Shown: positions 12,018 to 43,939 of the stretch, piece by piece
Position numbering within the stretch: the stretch's first letter is position 1
Layout of the letters: each line of letters begins with the position of its first letter
Source of the DNA: Phallusia mammillata
Taxonomy: Eukaryota
Assembly (NCBI GenBank): GCA_965637545.1
Contig: OZ281500.1
Coordinates: 12,648,001-12,712,000, forward strand
Direction of reading: 5' to 3'
Length of the DNA: 64,000 nucleotides
Made by a program: the position numbers and the translations under genes
Notes under the pieces: model-generated
Told to the model about the DNA's origin: nothing
The model's database searches: none
What the model saw: the letters and a program-made list of their open reading frames with translations, nothing else

Positions 12018-14097
12018 TTACAGCAAAAGTTTCGCAAGCAAGTGCATAAACAACAAAACACAGATTGATGACAGTGGAGAGATGTTCTGTGCCGAGCTAA
12101 GAGCATGTGGGTTTGTCGTTGTTGTGCAGTTATGGCCCGATACGCAGCAGGTTGGTGCTACTGAGGTTAGTAAATAGGAGCTCATCGACATGCCACTCTG
12201 TGCATTTCTTTTTTTTCGTCCAGGTGTTACAGGTACCGGAGGAGATGTTGCCTAAACCAAATAAAACCTTAAAAACTTAAAAGCTTATCGTCTGACATGC
12301 AGGGAATATAGCTTAAGAATAAATGCCACCTAAAGTGGAACCCTACATAGTTACTGGTGTTCATAAAATTCCCGTAATTTTGTTTGTAGGATGTCCGAAC
12401 TAAGTAATTCGGGACAGATTTTAAGTAAACATGCTTAAGGATAGTGGAAAGTTTCTTAACCAGTTCAGGTGTCGGACTATTTTTGGCTTAGCATAAACGG
12501 AATTACTGAACTGTATATTAATGCAAATATTTTTACGTGGGTAAAAATGTTTTTTTTTGTCGGCGCAAAATCTTTAACGGATTCGGCGTTCAGAAATATT
12601 AGATTAGTGAAAGCATGTCCGAACAGATTACAAAGTCATGTGAGGCGACAAATTAACATTTGTTCACATTTCTAGTTAGCACGAGCATGTGACGTACCCC
12701 ATGACACGGCTCTACCAACGTGGTACATCCACAGGTGACTGGCAGATAGCCTGGTGGTGGGGTGCCTCGAAAGCAGCCGACAGTGTATGGAAAATCAAAT
12801 GTCATGTGATACCTGTAATTAAAACCACAAAAAATATTACAAAAACGTAAAGCACACAGTTGGTAAGATTATTCTGAAAACAAACCTGTAGTTTTGATGT
12901 CTGTCCAAGCGGCCATGACATATATCTAAGTCCGACGAGCTTAGCAATCTTCCTAATTCGTCATACGGTCCATATATTGGGTACCCATCGAGAGCAACAC
13001 CTAATAACAATTATCAATTTTTGTTTTCACAAATAATTTGTTTAACGATGTTTGTTTCAAAAAATAATTACCACACTAATTATCAAATCTATTTAGTTTC
13101 AACCTACGCCATAGCAACAGCGCATTAACTGAACGGAGCTAGGAATAGTTAAAATGCGATGCCGTATAACGTTTTTAATACGACCTGGTTTAATATCGAA
13201 TGAGAAACATGACTTTATGCTACATAATCAATTAATCACCAATACATGGCGTTAATATTACTTTAACAAAGAAGATTGTGCCTAAATAAACAAAGATATT
13301 GCTGCATGGTATTTAAAATGACTGGCAAAAAAACAAATGTTACATAATTTGTGAACTCACCCAACACGGAAGAAGCGTTGTTGCATTGAAGGTGCGTAAG
13401 ACACATTGGTGGAACTTTGTAGTGGTATCTGCCAAATGAATCAACTTCCCCCCAACATTTGTCATATGACTGCACATCTGCGTTTGCTGACAAAACAAAA
13501 TGTACACCATTTTTAATTCAGCGCTTTATACTTTTTTATATTTTAAACAGATGTTATGTTTTATAACCAAAAGCAAAGAAGTTTAATACGATATATAAAT
13601 GATACCTTGTTACCTGAATTGCAGCATTCCGAGCCAAAAGAGTTAAAAAGTGGAACTCCGTTTGTTGCAAACCCTACTAGACCTTCCGGCAGGCAATTGG
13701 AAGTGCCTTCGTAAACACCTCTGTTCACCAGATTAGGAATCGCTATTGAATATGCTTGTTGTCTGATATGTTTACTTGAAGGACCTACAATGAATGAATA
13801 TAATTAAAGAAATTTATAAACCATTGTTTTTTTCTACCCATACGTTTTTACCGTGTGAAACGAAAATAGAATAGTAACTTTCGCTGTTTACCAACCTGTT
13901 GGGTGGTCTGGTATCCCATTGCTTTTTATCGTAAAAGACAATGATGTGGTTCCTGAAATCGACACAGATCCTTGTAGACCGCTGTTTGTTTCTGCTTTGT
14001 TGTTTGTTTTGAAGGCCGCAAACTCCACTTCTGAAAGTCCATTAACGCTTGCTGACATGAAGTAAATACACGTAACTGCTAAACACAGTTTGTCCAT
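12018..14097 (-). CDS. Secreted, probably GPI-anchored YHYH-domain protein (320 aa, 6 exons)
   Basis: Exons 13896-14097, 13614-13784, 13361-13486, 12886-13000, 12698-12812 and 12018-12251 have GT-AG sites and consistent phases (963 nt total). Signal peptide MDKLCLAVTCIYFMSASVNG. YHYH-family motifs: SNGIPDH, GFATNGVPLFN, RYHYK, GVALDGYPIYGPY, DLDICHG, YHMTFDFPYTVGCFRG. Also a dibasic RKKR site, a Thr/Ser-rich spacer and a hydrophobic C-terminus. Confidence 0.85.
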
Positions 14098-15970
14098 ACC
14101 AATCCTACTGTGTGGCTCTAATCCTAATCACAAACTGAACCAACATACGTGTTCGTTAATCTTATAAATTCGCAACAACGTATCTTGAAGCGAGATCAAA
14201 AACAACATGAGTAACGTCAACCCTATACGTTTCCCTGTACGGGTAGCGCAGTCGCAATGTGACGACACAGATGAAATCACACCAGTGCAATACAGACAAA
14301 CACCTGACGTCACAAATTTGGCCCGAATGTAGGTTTGCAGTCTTGTAAGCTGTCAGCTTGCAGGTCATAAAAGGTCCAGCAGCTTGGTGATTCAAATGCA
14401 ATTATACGTGTTATACTTCGATTTATGATCAATGAAAAAGGCGCTGTTATATATTCACACAACCCTCGAGGATCATTCTAAAGTTAAAAAAACACGTAAC
14501 CGAAGCACCTTATTAGTTCCGGAAGGAGCAAAAAGTATATGCTTGCCAATCAAAAATACAAGGCGCTTTAGGGCCATATATTACCATCGTGTGATCCATC
14601 TCCCGATTTTTAGCTATTTGTATTTTATGTAACAAAGCATATGACGCCGTGGAGTAGTTATTGATCATAATGACATGTTCGTCTAAGTTCCGGCACTAAT
14701 CGTTAACGTCAATATCCGTTTTACAGGTTCAAAAGTGTATTAATAAACGAGTGTGTTGAAAGGTTATTCGAGATCAATACTGTAGGTTTAGAACACTCAG
14801 GCCTGGACTTTTCTGGTCGGCAAAATGAACTATGGCAAATTTGTGGCGCAATTTCAACTTCTTTGCAAAATTGCGCATGTTCACATGGTGTCTATTGGAT
14901 TTGTTGCATACAATCACAAATTCCGTAGATCACGCAGTCCTGTAACCCTGTCTGCCAAATTGGTGCATTAGTTAAACTGCTTCGTTGTGGTGTCCGATAG
15001 TTATCGCGTGCGAGAACAGAAACGCGTCCCTTGTCGATTGTCCAATGCGGGTAAGACAAGGGTCTCTGGAGTTCAACAAGTCACAATCCGTCTGAGTGCT
15101 TAGCGGCGAACGGCAAAACTTTATTTTGTTGCACTAAAGCTGCTCAGGTTTCGTGACAAAGTGGATTGTTTATTAGGTTTACAAAAAAATGTTGTACACA
15201 TAAACATAGTAACGTAGTACGTATAGCCTACTCAAGATTTCTAACACCTAGCCCAAAATACGACCACAAAAAAACATTTACCCGCCAGTTCCATTTATTT
15301 AGAAATATAGCGGCTTTTGTCGCGAAGGCCTAGGCAGAACTTTTCGTTAAGGGGCGCAAAGGTGTCGCCAAGCATCAACCCCATCACAAACGTTTCGCTT
15401 AAAATCTTTCTTTTTATTATATTTGTCCTACTTTTTTTATTGCTTCGTAGCCTGCGGTTGCTATCGTTTTTTTTTTTCTGTGTACATGTTAACTGTGTAG
15501 ATGTGTAATTAAACAGCCCCGGCGATTAACATTCCTTTTGCGTCTTTAACATACAAAAATATATACCGTCGCTCGCCTCTAAAACCCTCGTAATGTTAAA
15601 CCATATGTAGAAAACGATATAGTGTGAATGGCTTTACACACACTAGTCGATGTTAAGACTATGTTCTGTCTCACTACGTTACTTCTGAAAATTTTAGACA
15701 CACTTTTTGTAATTTCAAAAGAACCTAAAATGCGTAAAACATGTTGCACTTCAACGAACTCGGTTAAAGTACGCAAATGTTGAGCGCGCAACTTCATTGC
15801 AACATTTCAATTTATTCACGCTGTTACCCGGCTTAAATGTTTTGTATGTGTTGATTGATGATGTTTTTTTACCGATGGAAACTTTTTATTATGCGAGTTA
15901 TTTGTACTGTTTTAAGAAGTTTGGTTACTTTGGTCACACTGCTTTTTGTATCGCTTATAGTCGTAGAAAA

Positions 15971-29746
<13,776 letters not shown>

Positions 29747-30698
29747 AATAAAAGTGGTTGGTTCTTTAACGGAGGCCCTGATTTTACGTTCCACTGCCAT
29801 GTAGGTAGATTTCTTCGTTTCTCACACTGTTGGAAGGTGATTTTCGTTTTTTTAAAGCTCGATTTGTTGATTGTAGTGGTTTCAGTGTTGCAGCATCTTC
29901 TACTATCTACGTTTTTCCTGGTTTACCATTCAGTCACAGTACGTCTACCATATAGTTTCATTTTTGACAAATATGTTTTTTTAAAGTCGTCCCGATACAT
30001 TTACTAGCATTTCAATTAAATTCACTGTCAAGCTGTTTTAAGTGTCTGTATTTTGGTACACTTCCATTTAAACTCGCACAGGTCTCCACAAAAGAGCAGT
30101 TACAGCAGTATCGTTTCACTTACATCGTTTCGCTATGCACGAAATGTCAGCTTGCTAAACGCATTGTACTGAAAATTGATGAGATTCAAAGTTTTGCGAT
30201 CTTTCATTTTTCAAACCGTAGCGACGTCTTCCTTTATGCCCATGATCATATTTTGACACCTGAGTTTCCTACGTTCGAATCAAACATCGTTTTTTTTGTC
30301 TGAGATTAGTACTTTCAAATTATATTTTGCACAAATTTTTGGAATTAACAAACTTCGGGTTACGCACTGTATCGCAAACTTCTTCGTTTTCATATTTACC
30401 AAAATTGCTAGTAGTAAGTTGTTTATGAACGGTATGTTTTTGTAGTTGTTTTTTACTGCCTTCTTATTATTTCTTTCTGTTGTAGCAAATAACATAAGAA
30501 CAGGCATTTTTGCAACAAAACCGTGGTTTTGGCCTACTGTGCTTCCTTGCCAGAAAAATGAGAGCATTTTGTTTTGAACACAGTATATTACACTTTGAAG
30601 AGGCGAAAAAATAAAATTGGCAACTGTGTATGACTGAGGATTGGTTGGCAGTGATAAAGCAATGACGTACTTTTCAACAATTACGGTTTTCACAAGAC

Positions 30699-35707
<5,009 letters not shown>

Positions 35708-37545
35708 TGCAAGTGCTAATTATACTTCGCAAATTACGGTTGCGGGCATTCTTTCAGAGTCACTTCAGCCCAGTCCGGTTTGCCTCAAATAAACGCTTCA
35801 TATTACGTAAAAACCCTGCAGAAAGAACGATGTGATCAGCTGCAATGACAGCAAAATCTGTGTAACTGAATTCGTATGCTTTACCTGGTAGTAACATAAT
35901 TCTGCAATCGCTGTCAACAAGGTCTATCCTGTCTTTTTCTCCGAACAAGTTTGAGCCAGGAAAGACGCGTGTTTACTGGGATCAATGACCAACTGTCTGT
36001 TTGCCCAGTTATCTCGCTACATGCTCGATTGTACCAGAGCTACCGCTCGACTATAGAAGCACAGAACTGATTAATGATGTTAAAATACTCCAACAACAAC
36101 TCAAACAATCTTACTACCCACTCCGCACTGTTTGATAAAATGGGACTTTATTCCAAGTGTTCCATTGAATTATTTAGTACCCAAACTTAAAGCTAAGTTT
36201 GATTACTTCTTTACGTTTTATTTATTTTTTCATTTTCTCAAATTGATCGCTATTAAATTATTTACGTTATTTAGCTTTCTAACAATTACTTTAACCATGC
36301 GAATTTCGTCTGTAGATATTAATGAACCCAAAATAATTAATTTACACCTTGCTTTAAATGGAAATCGTTACATGGGTTAAGAAACAATCAAACGTCGGAT
36401 TATGTTTAACATATTTTAAACACTTAAGTTCAATTTTTATTGCTCATATTGTTTTTCCCTAAATTTGCATGCGTTTTTAAAAACTATTTGAATTTAGGAT
36501 AATTTTACGGCTCCCATTTACATTAATAATCGAATTTACGAGTTAGGTATAGTGTGTTTAAATGTAAAGTGAGTGTCCGCCGAAATTCTTGAAACGAAAC
36601 AGAGGTTCCCTTATTTCCTTTTCAAGCGGATGAAGGTTTGATGCCACTTATCGTGTTTTGTTCCCATTTACACATCCCGGCAATCTGCGCTGTGGCTGAT
36701 GTACATGTCAGGGAAATGTTGACCAACACATGTTTGCGCAGTCATGGACTATAATTCCTTTGATTGTTTTCCCAATCTACTACAGGCAACCTTTTTCGCT
36801 GACTGGTAAAATACCGTTTGGGAATACTAAGTTGAATAATTTTCTGTGAACTTGTTTTTTTAGCAAATGTGGAACAAATGTGTTTTGTACAGCTTATATC
36901 GACCCATCGATCATGCCCCCTTAAAACACAGTCTCGATGATGACTTTTTATCACATTTTATGAACCAACTTCAAGTGATAAGTTCACGCTTTCCAACCCC
37001 TTGAATACAGACGGGTTGTTGCGAAACGACAACATGCTTTTCGTTGGTTGCACAACAGTTTTAAAAAACCTCTAGCAAAAAATGTGCGAAGCTATTTTTT
37101 CTCTTTAACTTAGTTTTCTTCTTTGAAAGTGCAAACATGTTATTGTAAGCGTCCAAGTCTAATTCGGTGACTAACCTAAACATTTCTCACTTTATGGGCC
37201 ACGTTAGCAGTTTCGTAATTTGTCAACAGTTGCACGAATCCTTGACACGAGTTTACACACATAAGTTTGCGCAAAGTTACTGTTTGAGGACACCGCTTAA
37301 TCAAACGTGATGAGCCTGGGGCAGTGTCTGTCATGAACTATCAAGATTCCTACACAACTGACATTTACCATTAAAGCGAAGAAATCCTCTCCGAAAGTTT
37401 TTCGTTCCGAAAATTCCTGACCATCTTATATAAAACAACTGCGCACAGAAAATGCTTGCGTTAGTTCAAATGTTGTCATTAGGGACTTTTGTAACTTAAT
37501 TTTGTGTTTCACTTTCAGATTTGAACAGCACTGCAGTTGCTTAGA

Positions 37546-40500
37546 ATGCATTCCTTTGTTTTTTATCTGCTTGTTATAGTTTTTGACTGGAGTGTGTCCC
37601 AGAGAGTTTATCCAAAATCTCCAGAACCGGTAATGTTTTGTTTTATTTCTTTACAACTACGGTTTGTGGTTGTTGTGTAGATCAATGGTTCGCAAATACT
37701 GAGTCGCGAGTTAATTTTGATCGAAAGATCATCCTCTTGAGGTCGCGACAAATCCATATGTGTTATTAATGCAAACCAGTGATATAGATTTCGTCACTCC
37801 ATGAACTAGATTATGTTGTTTTGTTTTAAAACACGGTGTTTTTGTTATTGTTTGTTGCTTACGTAACGGATCACTTGAGATACAAAATTTTGCGACTTTC
37901 GTGCAAAAACGAACATGCTGACACTATTTGTTTAAACTCATCACCAGTTTTAAATGTGAGAAATTTTGCAGGTTTTTTTACGCCTCAAACCTTTTAAAGA
38001 GGCATCTCCATTGCCACACCAAGCCGGTTTCTTGGAATTATTTTATCGCGGAAGTTGGTTCAGAGTTTGTAATGAAGACTGGGGTGATACGGAAACGTCG
38101 GTAGCTTGCGGAAACCTTGGATTTCCAGATTTTGCTCCAGTGACTCCAGCCCAAGAGTAGGCAACTTTAATTGTAACTTATGATGTGTAACATATTGCGA
38201 AAGTATATCTATCCTTTCAAGTCATTGACCTTTAGAAACATTACACTGCTAGCTTCATTTTTTTAAATGTTGATAGCTGTTTGCAGATCATACAGGGCAA
38301 ATTGGGATATTCTTATTCGCACTATGGATGTTCAATGCGACGGAACTGAAAGCAAATTATCAGAATGCGATAGTGTAGCGGTCACCTTCAACAGATTGTG
38401 CTATTCAGGAGAAGCCGTAATTCTAAACTGTCAAAGAAAAGCCGCTGAGGTGTGAAATTACTTGCAACTTGACGATACTTGTGTACAAGGACATCGCTTA
38501 ATGTAAAGTTAAATCTTTTTTTAAATTAAAATTGTTGGCAAAATCTAAAATCTGAAATTGTACATACGTAATGTACACATACCATACTCGGGTTTGTTGT
38601 GAAATCAGTTCCATTGTAGAGCATTCGACTGCGGGCAGGTGCTTTGGTCGGGGAAGGCAGAGTGCAAGTTGCGAATGAAAAACACTGGGGTGGAGTTTGC
38701 AGCAATCTATGGAACATTAAAAGCGCCAACGTCGCGTGTCGCCAACTTGGATTTGGCACAGCAAAACAAACTTTTACCAATGCTGAGTTTGGCAGAAGTA
38801 AGAACATGAGTTAATTAACAGAACACTATAGCGACATGAATTGACAATTATATAACAAGCTAAAATATTTGACAGGTCATACACTCGTTTGGTATACCAA
38901 TGTTACATGCAACGGAGATGAGAAAAAATTGACTGACTGCTCATACGAGCACCCAGAGGTCTCGAATTACCTTAACTATACATCCCCTGGTTGTTCAATA
39001 CGGCAGCAAGCCAGCTTGGTTTGTCACACTCCTGATACTGGAGAACGGAAGGTAGGATGCAAAGCATGTGCTATTCTACAAATATATTTTACAATTTTAC
39101 CTGTCGAAATCAAAATATGCTGGAAAATATGTCAAGAATTTGTTATTCCTGTTTCGTCAAGTTAGTGCCATTTGTCACGTAGACAACACGGAAGAAACGT
39201 TTGGCTGAACGTTTGTTTGTGTTCCGTTATTGGTTGCAGATTAAAATAGTTTCAAGTGCCAAAGCTTTGTTATTACGTAACCTCAAGTGGCGAAATAAAG
39301 CTCGGTGACAAAACAGCCCGCGGCAGAAATAAACCATATTTAAATGTTGCACAAACAATGCAAAAACTTTCAGTTACTGCTCGTAATCTGAACTATATTC
39401 GAAATCGGAACCATGAGCAGCAAAGCTGTTTTTAATATAGGCTAAATAAAGAAAATAAAATTATTATTCTACTTGAAAAACAAATGGTCTGATTAATGTA
39501 CGTTGCTTAGCTGTGAATTTCTTATGACTTTTGCCCTTATTATTCCGAATATCCGTACATTAAAATGTTTGCTTACCAATTCCTCAAATAGATCAATCTT
39601 ACGGATGGAGAGGATTTTACAGTGGGACGTGTGACCGTCCGTGTAAACAACAAGTGGGGAAGCATATGTAGTGATAATTGGAGAATTAATGAAGCAATGG
39701 TAGTCTGTCGCCAACTTGGTTTTGGATACGCTTCCAGAGCTCTGCAGGTGAACTTTCGCAAACGCAAACACATTTACTTTGACGTATATTTCGAAAAATT
39801 TAAAACACGCTAGTTGTCAATTACTTTTTTGAGTTCAGGATTTGTCACATTTTTGTAAAATACAAGTCAACCTAATAGTCCAGCGCACCTACACCCAAAC
39901 ACAGACACAAAAAATGATCGTGATTCCTCCCCGAGAGCGTCCTGGGCTCGAATGCCGTGAAAACAATTACAAAAATGTGAACTAAACGAGTTGTTATTTT
40001 AGGATGTGAGGGGTATGACATCTAGCGGAAATTTGGATGTAGTTATGTCTGACGTTTGGTGCGACGGAACCGAAAGTTCGCTTGAAGAGTGCCAGACAAA
40101 ACCACCACAGTTGTATGGAATATACCATCATTGTGGTGCAAGATGGAGACTTGGCGCTTCCTATGTCGGCGCCGTTTGTACAAACAGTCAGTCAAGTTAT
40201 AACTCGTTTAATAAAAAGTTGTCTGCTACAAAAATAGCTTTACATTTGTTTTTTGCTTATTGTTTTACCAAGTGTTTAAACACGTGTGCAGCTCGTTTTT
40301 AGGACACATATTGTTTGAAAACAAAAAAGTTACAGTTTTAAATTTTACCTTTATTTTGTTTGCTGTGTAGTTAGATTTGGTAAAATTTATGCTCCTTGTC
40401 AGGTTTGCCCGATCTCCAGCTTGATATTCCTCAGTTAGAAGATTCAATTGCAGTCGATTTTCAACCTTTGTGGAAGCTTACCTGTGCAGGCAAGTTTGAG

Positions 40501-41852
40501 TTCATTTAAACATATCCATCAAAATTAGTAGTTGTTTTTCTTGTAAATGCAAAAAGGTGAAACAGTTTTTAGTTTATTTTTTCATCTTTTTCAAAAAAGT
40601 AAAATTTGCAGCCGACGAGAATTGCTTGGCGCCTTCAGCTAAGAACATCACTGATATGAATTCAATAAGAAGCCTTTTGAGATTGACAGTAAATGTGTGG
40701 AACCGAGGAACAGCAAATTTTCTGCCCTGGCAACAGCCTGGCGAATGGGACTGGCATCAATGTCATGAGTGCGTAGACCCATATTACTTTTTTATCTTTT
40801 GTAAAAAAAATTTGGGGGTGTTTTTACGTTTGCCAGGGCTAATCTTGCCGCTATACGTGAACCTAGATTTTTAGCCGACACAAAATCGAGATGTACCGAC
40901 ACAAAGTCCAGTGGTGGGATTCAGCCGGTTCGCACCGGTGGTATAGAACCGTCTCACGAAATTTTATGAGATCAGCGAACTGGCTGGCATTACTGGTTAA
41001 TGTCAATGGACTTTGTGTAAAAGAACCGGCTGAAAAATGTGACTTTTGTGATAGAACCGGCTGACGAAAAATTTGAATCCCACCACTGCTTTTATCACAG
41101 AGCCTAATGTGCAAATATTTAGTTGACAATTGATTTAACTTTCAAATATAAATCTCATTATTTTGCCAGACATTACCACAGCATGGCTGAATTCGCACAT
41201 TACGATATTCTTTCCTCTGATACTTTCCAACGGGTTGCTGAGGGCCATAAGGTGAGCTTCTGCTTATCGGACAGCGCTTGTGAAAGCGACATATCTCCTG
41301 CATACCAATGCAATGAAACACCTGATCGCTCGAACCAAGGAATCTCAGTCGGATGTTCGGATGCTTATTTGTAAGCACATGTTTTTTTTGCGATATCATA
41401 AAATGGATGTTTTTTTGGTATTGAAAGTTTTTTTGTCTGTTACCTCACAATGTTTGTTTTATTCATAGCGCTTGGTTTGACTGTCAGTGGATCGACATTA
41501 CAGACGTGCCTTCAGGAAACTACATTTTAAGGGTAAATATTACTTTGCCAGGTGCTCTATGCATCTAATCGTTTTACTTGAATAGTTTACGATACTACTT
41601 TACGATACTAATCGTGATACGTTTCATAATTAAGTAAACAAAAAACGCATTTTAGGTGAGTTTAAATCCTCGTCACCTTGTTGCTGAGCTTGACGTAACG
41701 AATAACGACATAACATGTGAAATGTCTTATGATAGGGAAACTGCAGTGGTAAAATCGTGTGGAATAGGTAAGCAACATTGCCAGTATATCAATACTTATC
41801 GCACCAATATTTAAAGTTTGATATTTTTACTCCAGGTGCAGACCGGATCTAG
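37546..41852 (+). CDS. Lysyl oxidase-like protein (LOXL2/3/4 type) with three SRCR domains
   Basis: Signal peptide [19 protein letters not shown]. Three SRCR repeats ([16 protein letters not shown]; [24 protein letters not shown]; [24 protein letters not shown]). LOX domain LPDLQLD..CAADENCL, Cu-binding WHQCHEHYHSM, LTQ residues retained ([10 protein letters not shown]; GCSDAY), then [18 protein letters not shown]. Confidence 0.93.
39866..39963 (+). mobile_element. Diverged copy of the short tRNA-derived SINE (in a LOXL intron)
   Basis: Aligns along its length with 43549-43664 (AGTCCAGCGCACC..ACAGACACAAAAAA TGATCGTGATTCCTCCCCGAGAGCGTCCTGGGCTCGAATGCCGTGAAAA). Confidence 0.75.
40909..41088. 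mobile_element. hAT-type MITE in a LOXL intron
   Basis: Perfect 15-bp TIR CAGTGGTGGGATTCA with internal (A)ACCGG subterminal repeats. No recognisable TSD. Confidence 0.75.
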
Positions 41853-42877
41853 TGTAAAATCTGCTTTTTCGTCCACGTTTTTGTTTTTGTGTTTTTGTTT
41901 TGCGCCACTACAACACAATAAAGATTATGCCAAATATATGTCAATTTATTCTTGTGCGATATTTTATTTCGGAATGACACTGCTTCAGTTTTTCGCCAGT
42001 GTAAACAAAAATTGGCTCCCGAACAGAAATCACACAAAAAGCTCCCAAACGATAAACTCCTTACTCAACAATTTCAAACATGTTTATTCCTCCCCAACAT
42101 ACCACAAAGTAGACTTTAAACTAAACTAAATCATTTATTTAAGTGCTTTGAATGTGCTTTATATCAACTTTACCGTTCGTATTCCAAGAACTTAAGTGTC
42201 TATTTACAAACCGAAGAAATGTAAGTTTCTCTCTTGAGTAAGTGAAATTGTCATAACAACAGGAATTAGCCTGCGCTTCAGGGTGGTGACCGATCACTTG
42301 TCAAATTTCCAAACATGCTTAAAAGAGTGGCAGACGGTCAGCGTCAGTGTATTAATTTCGTTTATTAAAAAAGACATCGTTAGTTTTTAAACAAAAAGAA
42401 AAAAAAGCAAATATAAAAGCCACAACATTAAACATTTGACAGTATCTGTTCAAGAATACCAAACAGTTCTAATAGAAACAATGTAGAAGGTTTTGAACCG
42501 AGGCCAATAATCACCAACTGCAAGAGCGATGGCAATAAAAGTGGAAAAATGTATGTAAAAGTGTTTTTTAAGAAACGATTTATGCTTTGTATCTGTTTTT
42601 TATTAAACAGTCTAAATAATCAACTGATTCAAAGAAAGAAACATTCGTTTACATTATATTGTCTGCGGGAGATTTGTTACGTACTCAGCTAGATGCAAAA
42701 GTTTAAATATATGTGAAATTTTGTACCACACACAGAGAGTAATACGTGGTGTAGACAAAAAACGAGTTTGAGAACACCGATTAACATGGTGGACAGGGGA
42801 CTTCAAGGGGGGCAAGATGGCACTGGCAAAACGCACGAATGACTCGCCTGGATATTTATGGGGACAATTGGTTAAAT

Positions 42878-43109
42878 CAGGGGTCGGCACCTTTTTTGCA
42901 CTACAGACCAGTTTTGAAAGTGAAGTTTATCGCGGACCGGTCTTCAAAAAACTACAAATATTTAGCAATAAAAACGCTTAAATTAGTTTATCATCCCCGG
43001 GATACATGGGCAAAATGTTTTGTGGCATTTAACCTGAAAAATATACGGTCCGGTAACGAACTCTTCGCGGACCGGTACCGGGCCGCGGACCAGCGGTTGC
43101 CGACCACTG
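42878..43109. mobile_element. hAT-type MITE
   Basis: TIRs CAGGGGTCGGCA / TGCCGACCACTG. Perfect 8-bp TSD GGTTAAAT (42870-42877, 43110-43117). GCGGACCG subterminal repeats. Confidence 0.9.
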
Positions 43110-43548
43110 GGTTAAATGACTTAAGTATGTCTATAAACAGCAAACTCAAGATTCTTCATGAAAAATCTGCCTCCCGACATTTGTACGCCCTTTATTGTCT
43201 AGTCACCGCTTTTGATCTATTATACATTTTTACACCTGCTACTGACACCTTTTTTGCCACTGTTCGTGCAGTTTGTTATCATTGGTTTCGGTTCCAAACC
43301 TTTTCTCGGGTGGATAGTGTTCAGTAATTTACGTTGTGGCTTTTACGTTTTCATTTATTATGTTTTTTTTAAGACGGAAGCTGGCGGTGTCTTTAAAACA
43401 ATATAGCACTATAGTGCTGTGTGCTGTCGAGCTTTTTCTATATTGCGCGATAACTGCGCCACTCTGTGGCAAATTATTTTTTGTTTGGTCGACGTAACTG
43501 TCGCCATATCCTACAATTTTTTTAGTGACCACGAGATTATTAGAGTCC

Positions 43549-43664
43549 GGGGCAGGAACTTGGCCGAATGGTCCGGCGCGCCTGACCCATATACAGACAT
43601 AAAAAAAAACCTGATCGGGATTCGTCCCCGGGAGAGTCCTGGGTTCGAACCCCGTGAAAAAAAA
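43549..43664 (+). mobile_element. Short tRNA-derived SINE with poly(A) tail and TSD
   Basis: Pol III A-box TGGCCGAATGG (43561-43571), B-box GGTTCGAACCC (43642-43652) and an A-tail. Perfect TSD AGATTATTAGAGTCC (43534-43548, 43665-43679). A second copy lies at ~39866-39963. Confidence 0.9.
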
Positions 43665-43939
43665 AGATTATTAGAGTCCAATACCTCCACACCCAAGACA
43701 CTACAACAAAATTTGTCCGTAATTTTTTTGCTGTGCTAACATTGTGACAGTCTGCATATTTTTACTGACGTAAAAACGGATAGGTGTGTGCTACAACCGT
43801 TTTCAAATCAAGTATTTTGACAATTTGTCTTGTCAAGCCCTCTACGACTACGTGATGTACGTTATAATGTTAATTTTTTATTTTTTTTATTTTACTAGTT
43901 TATGCCGAAACAACCACATTGTTCATCAGCAAAACTTTT

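Noticed and set aside
12385-12630. Repeated TGTCCGAAC / GTCGGAC motifs in a YHYH-gene intron
   Set aside because: Probably a decayed transposon, but TIRs and TSD are not definable and the spacing is irregular. It is not a CRISPR-like array.
35760-36030. Possible extra N-terminal coding exon of the RTK
   Set aside because: All frames hit stops before joining, and a good signal-peptide ATG exists at 35707. It is probably 5' UTR.
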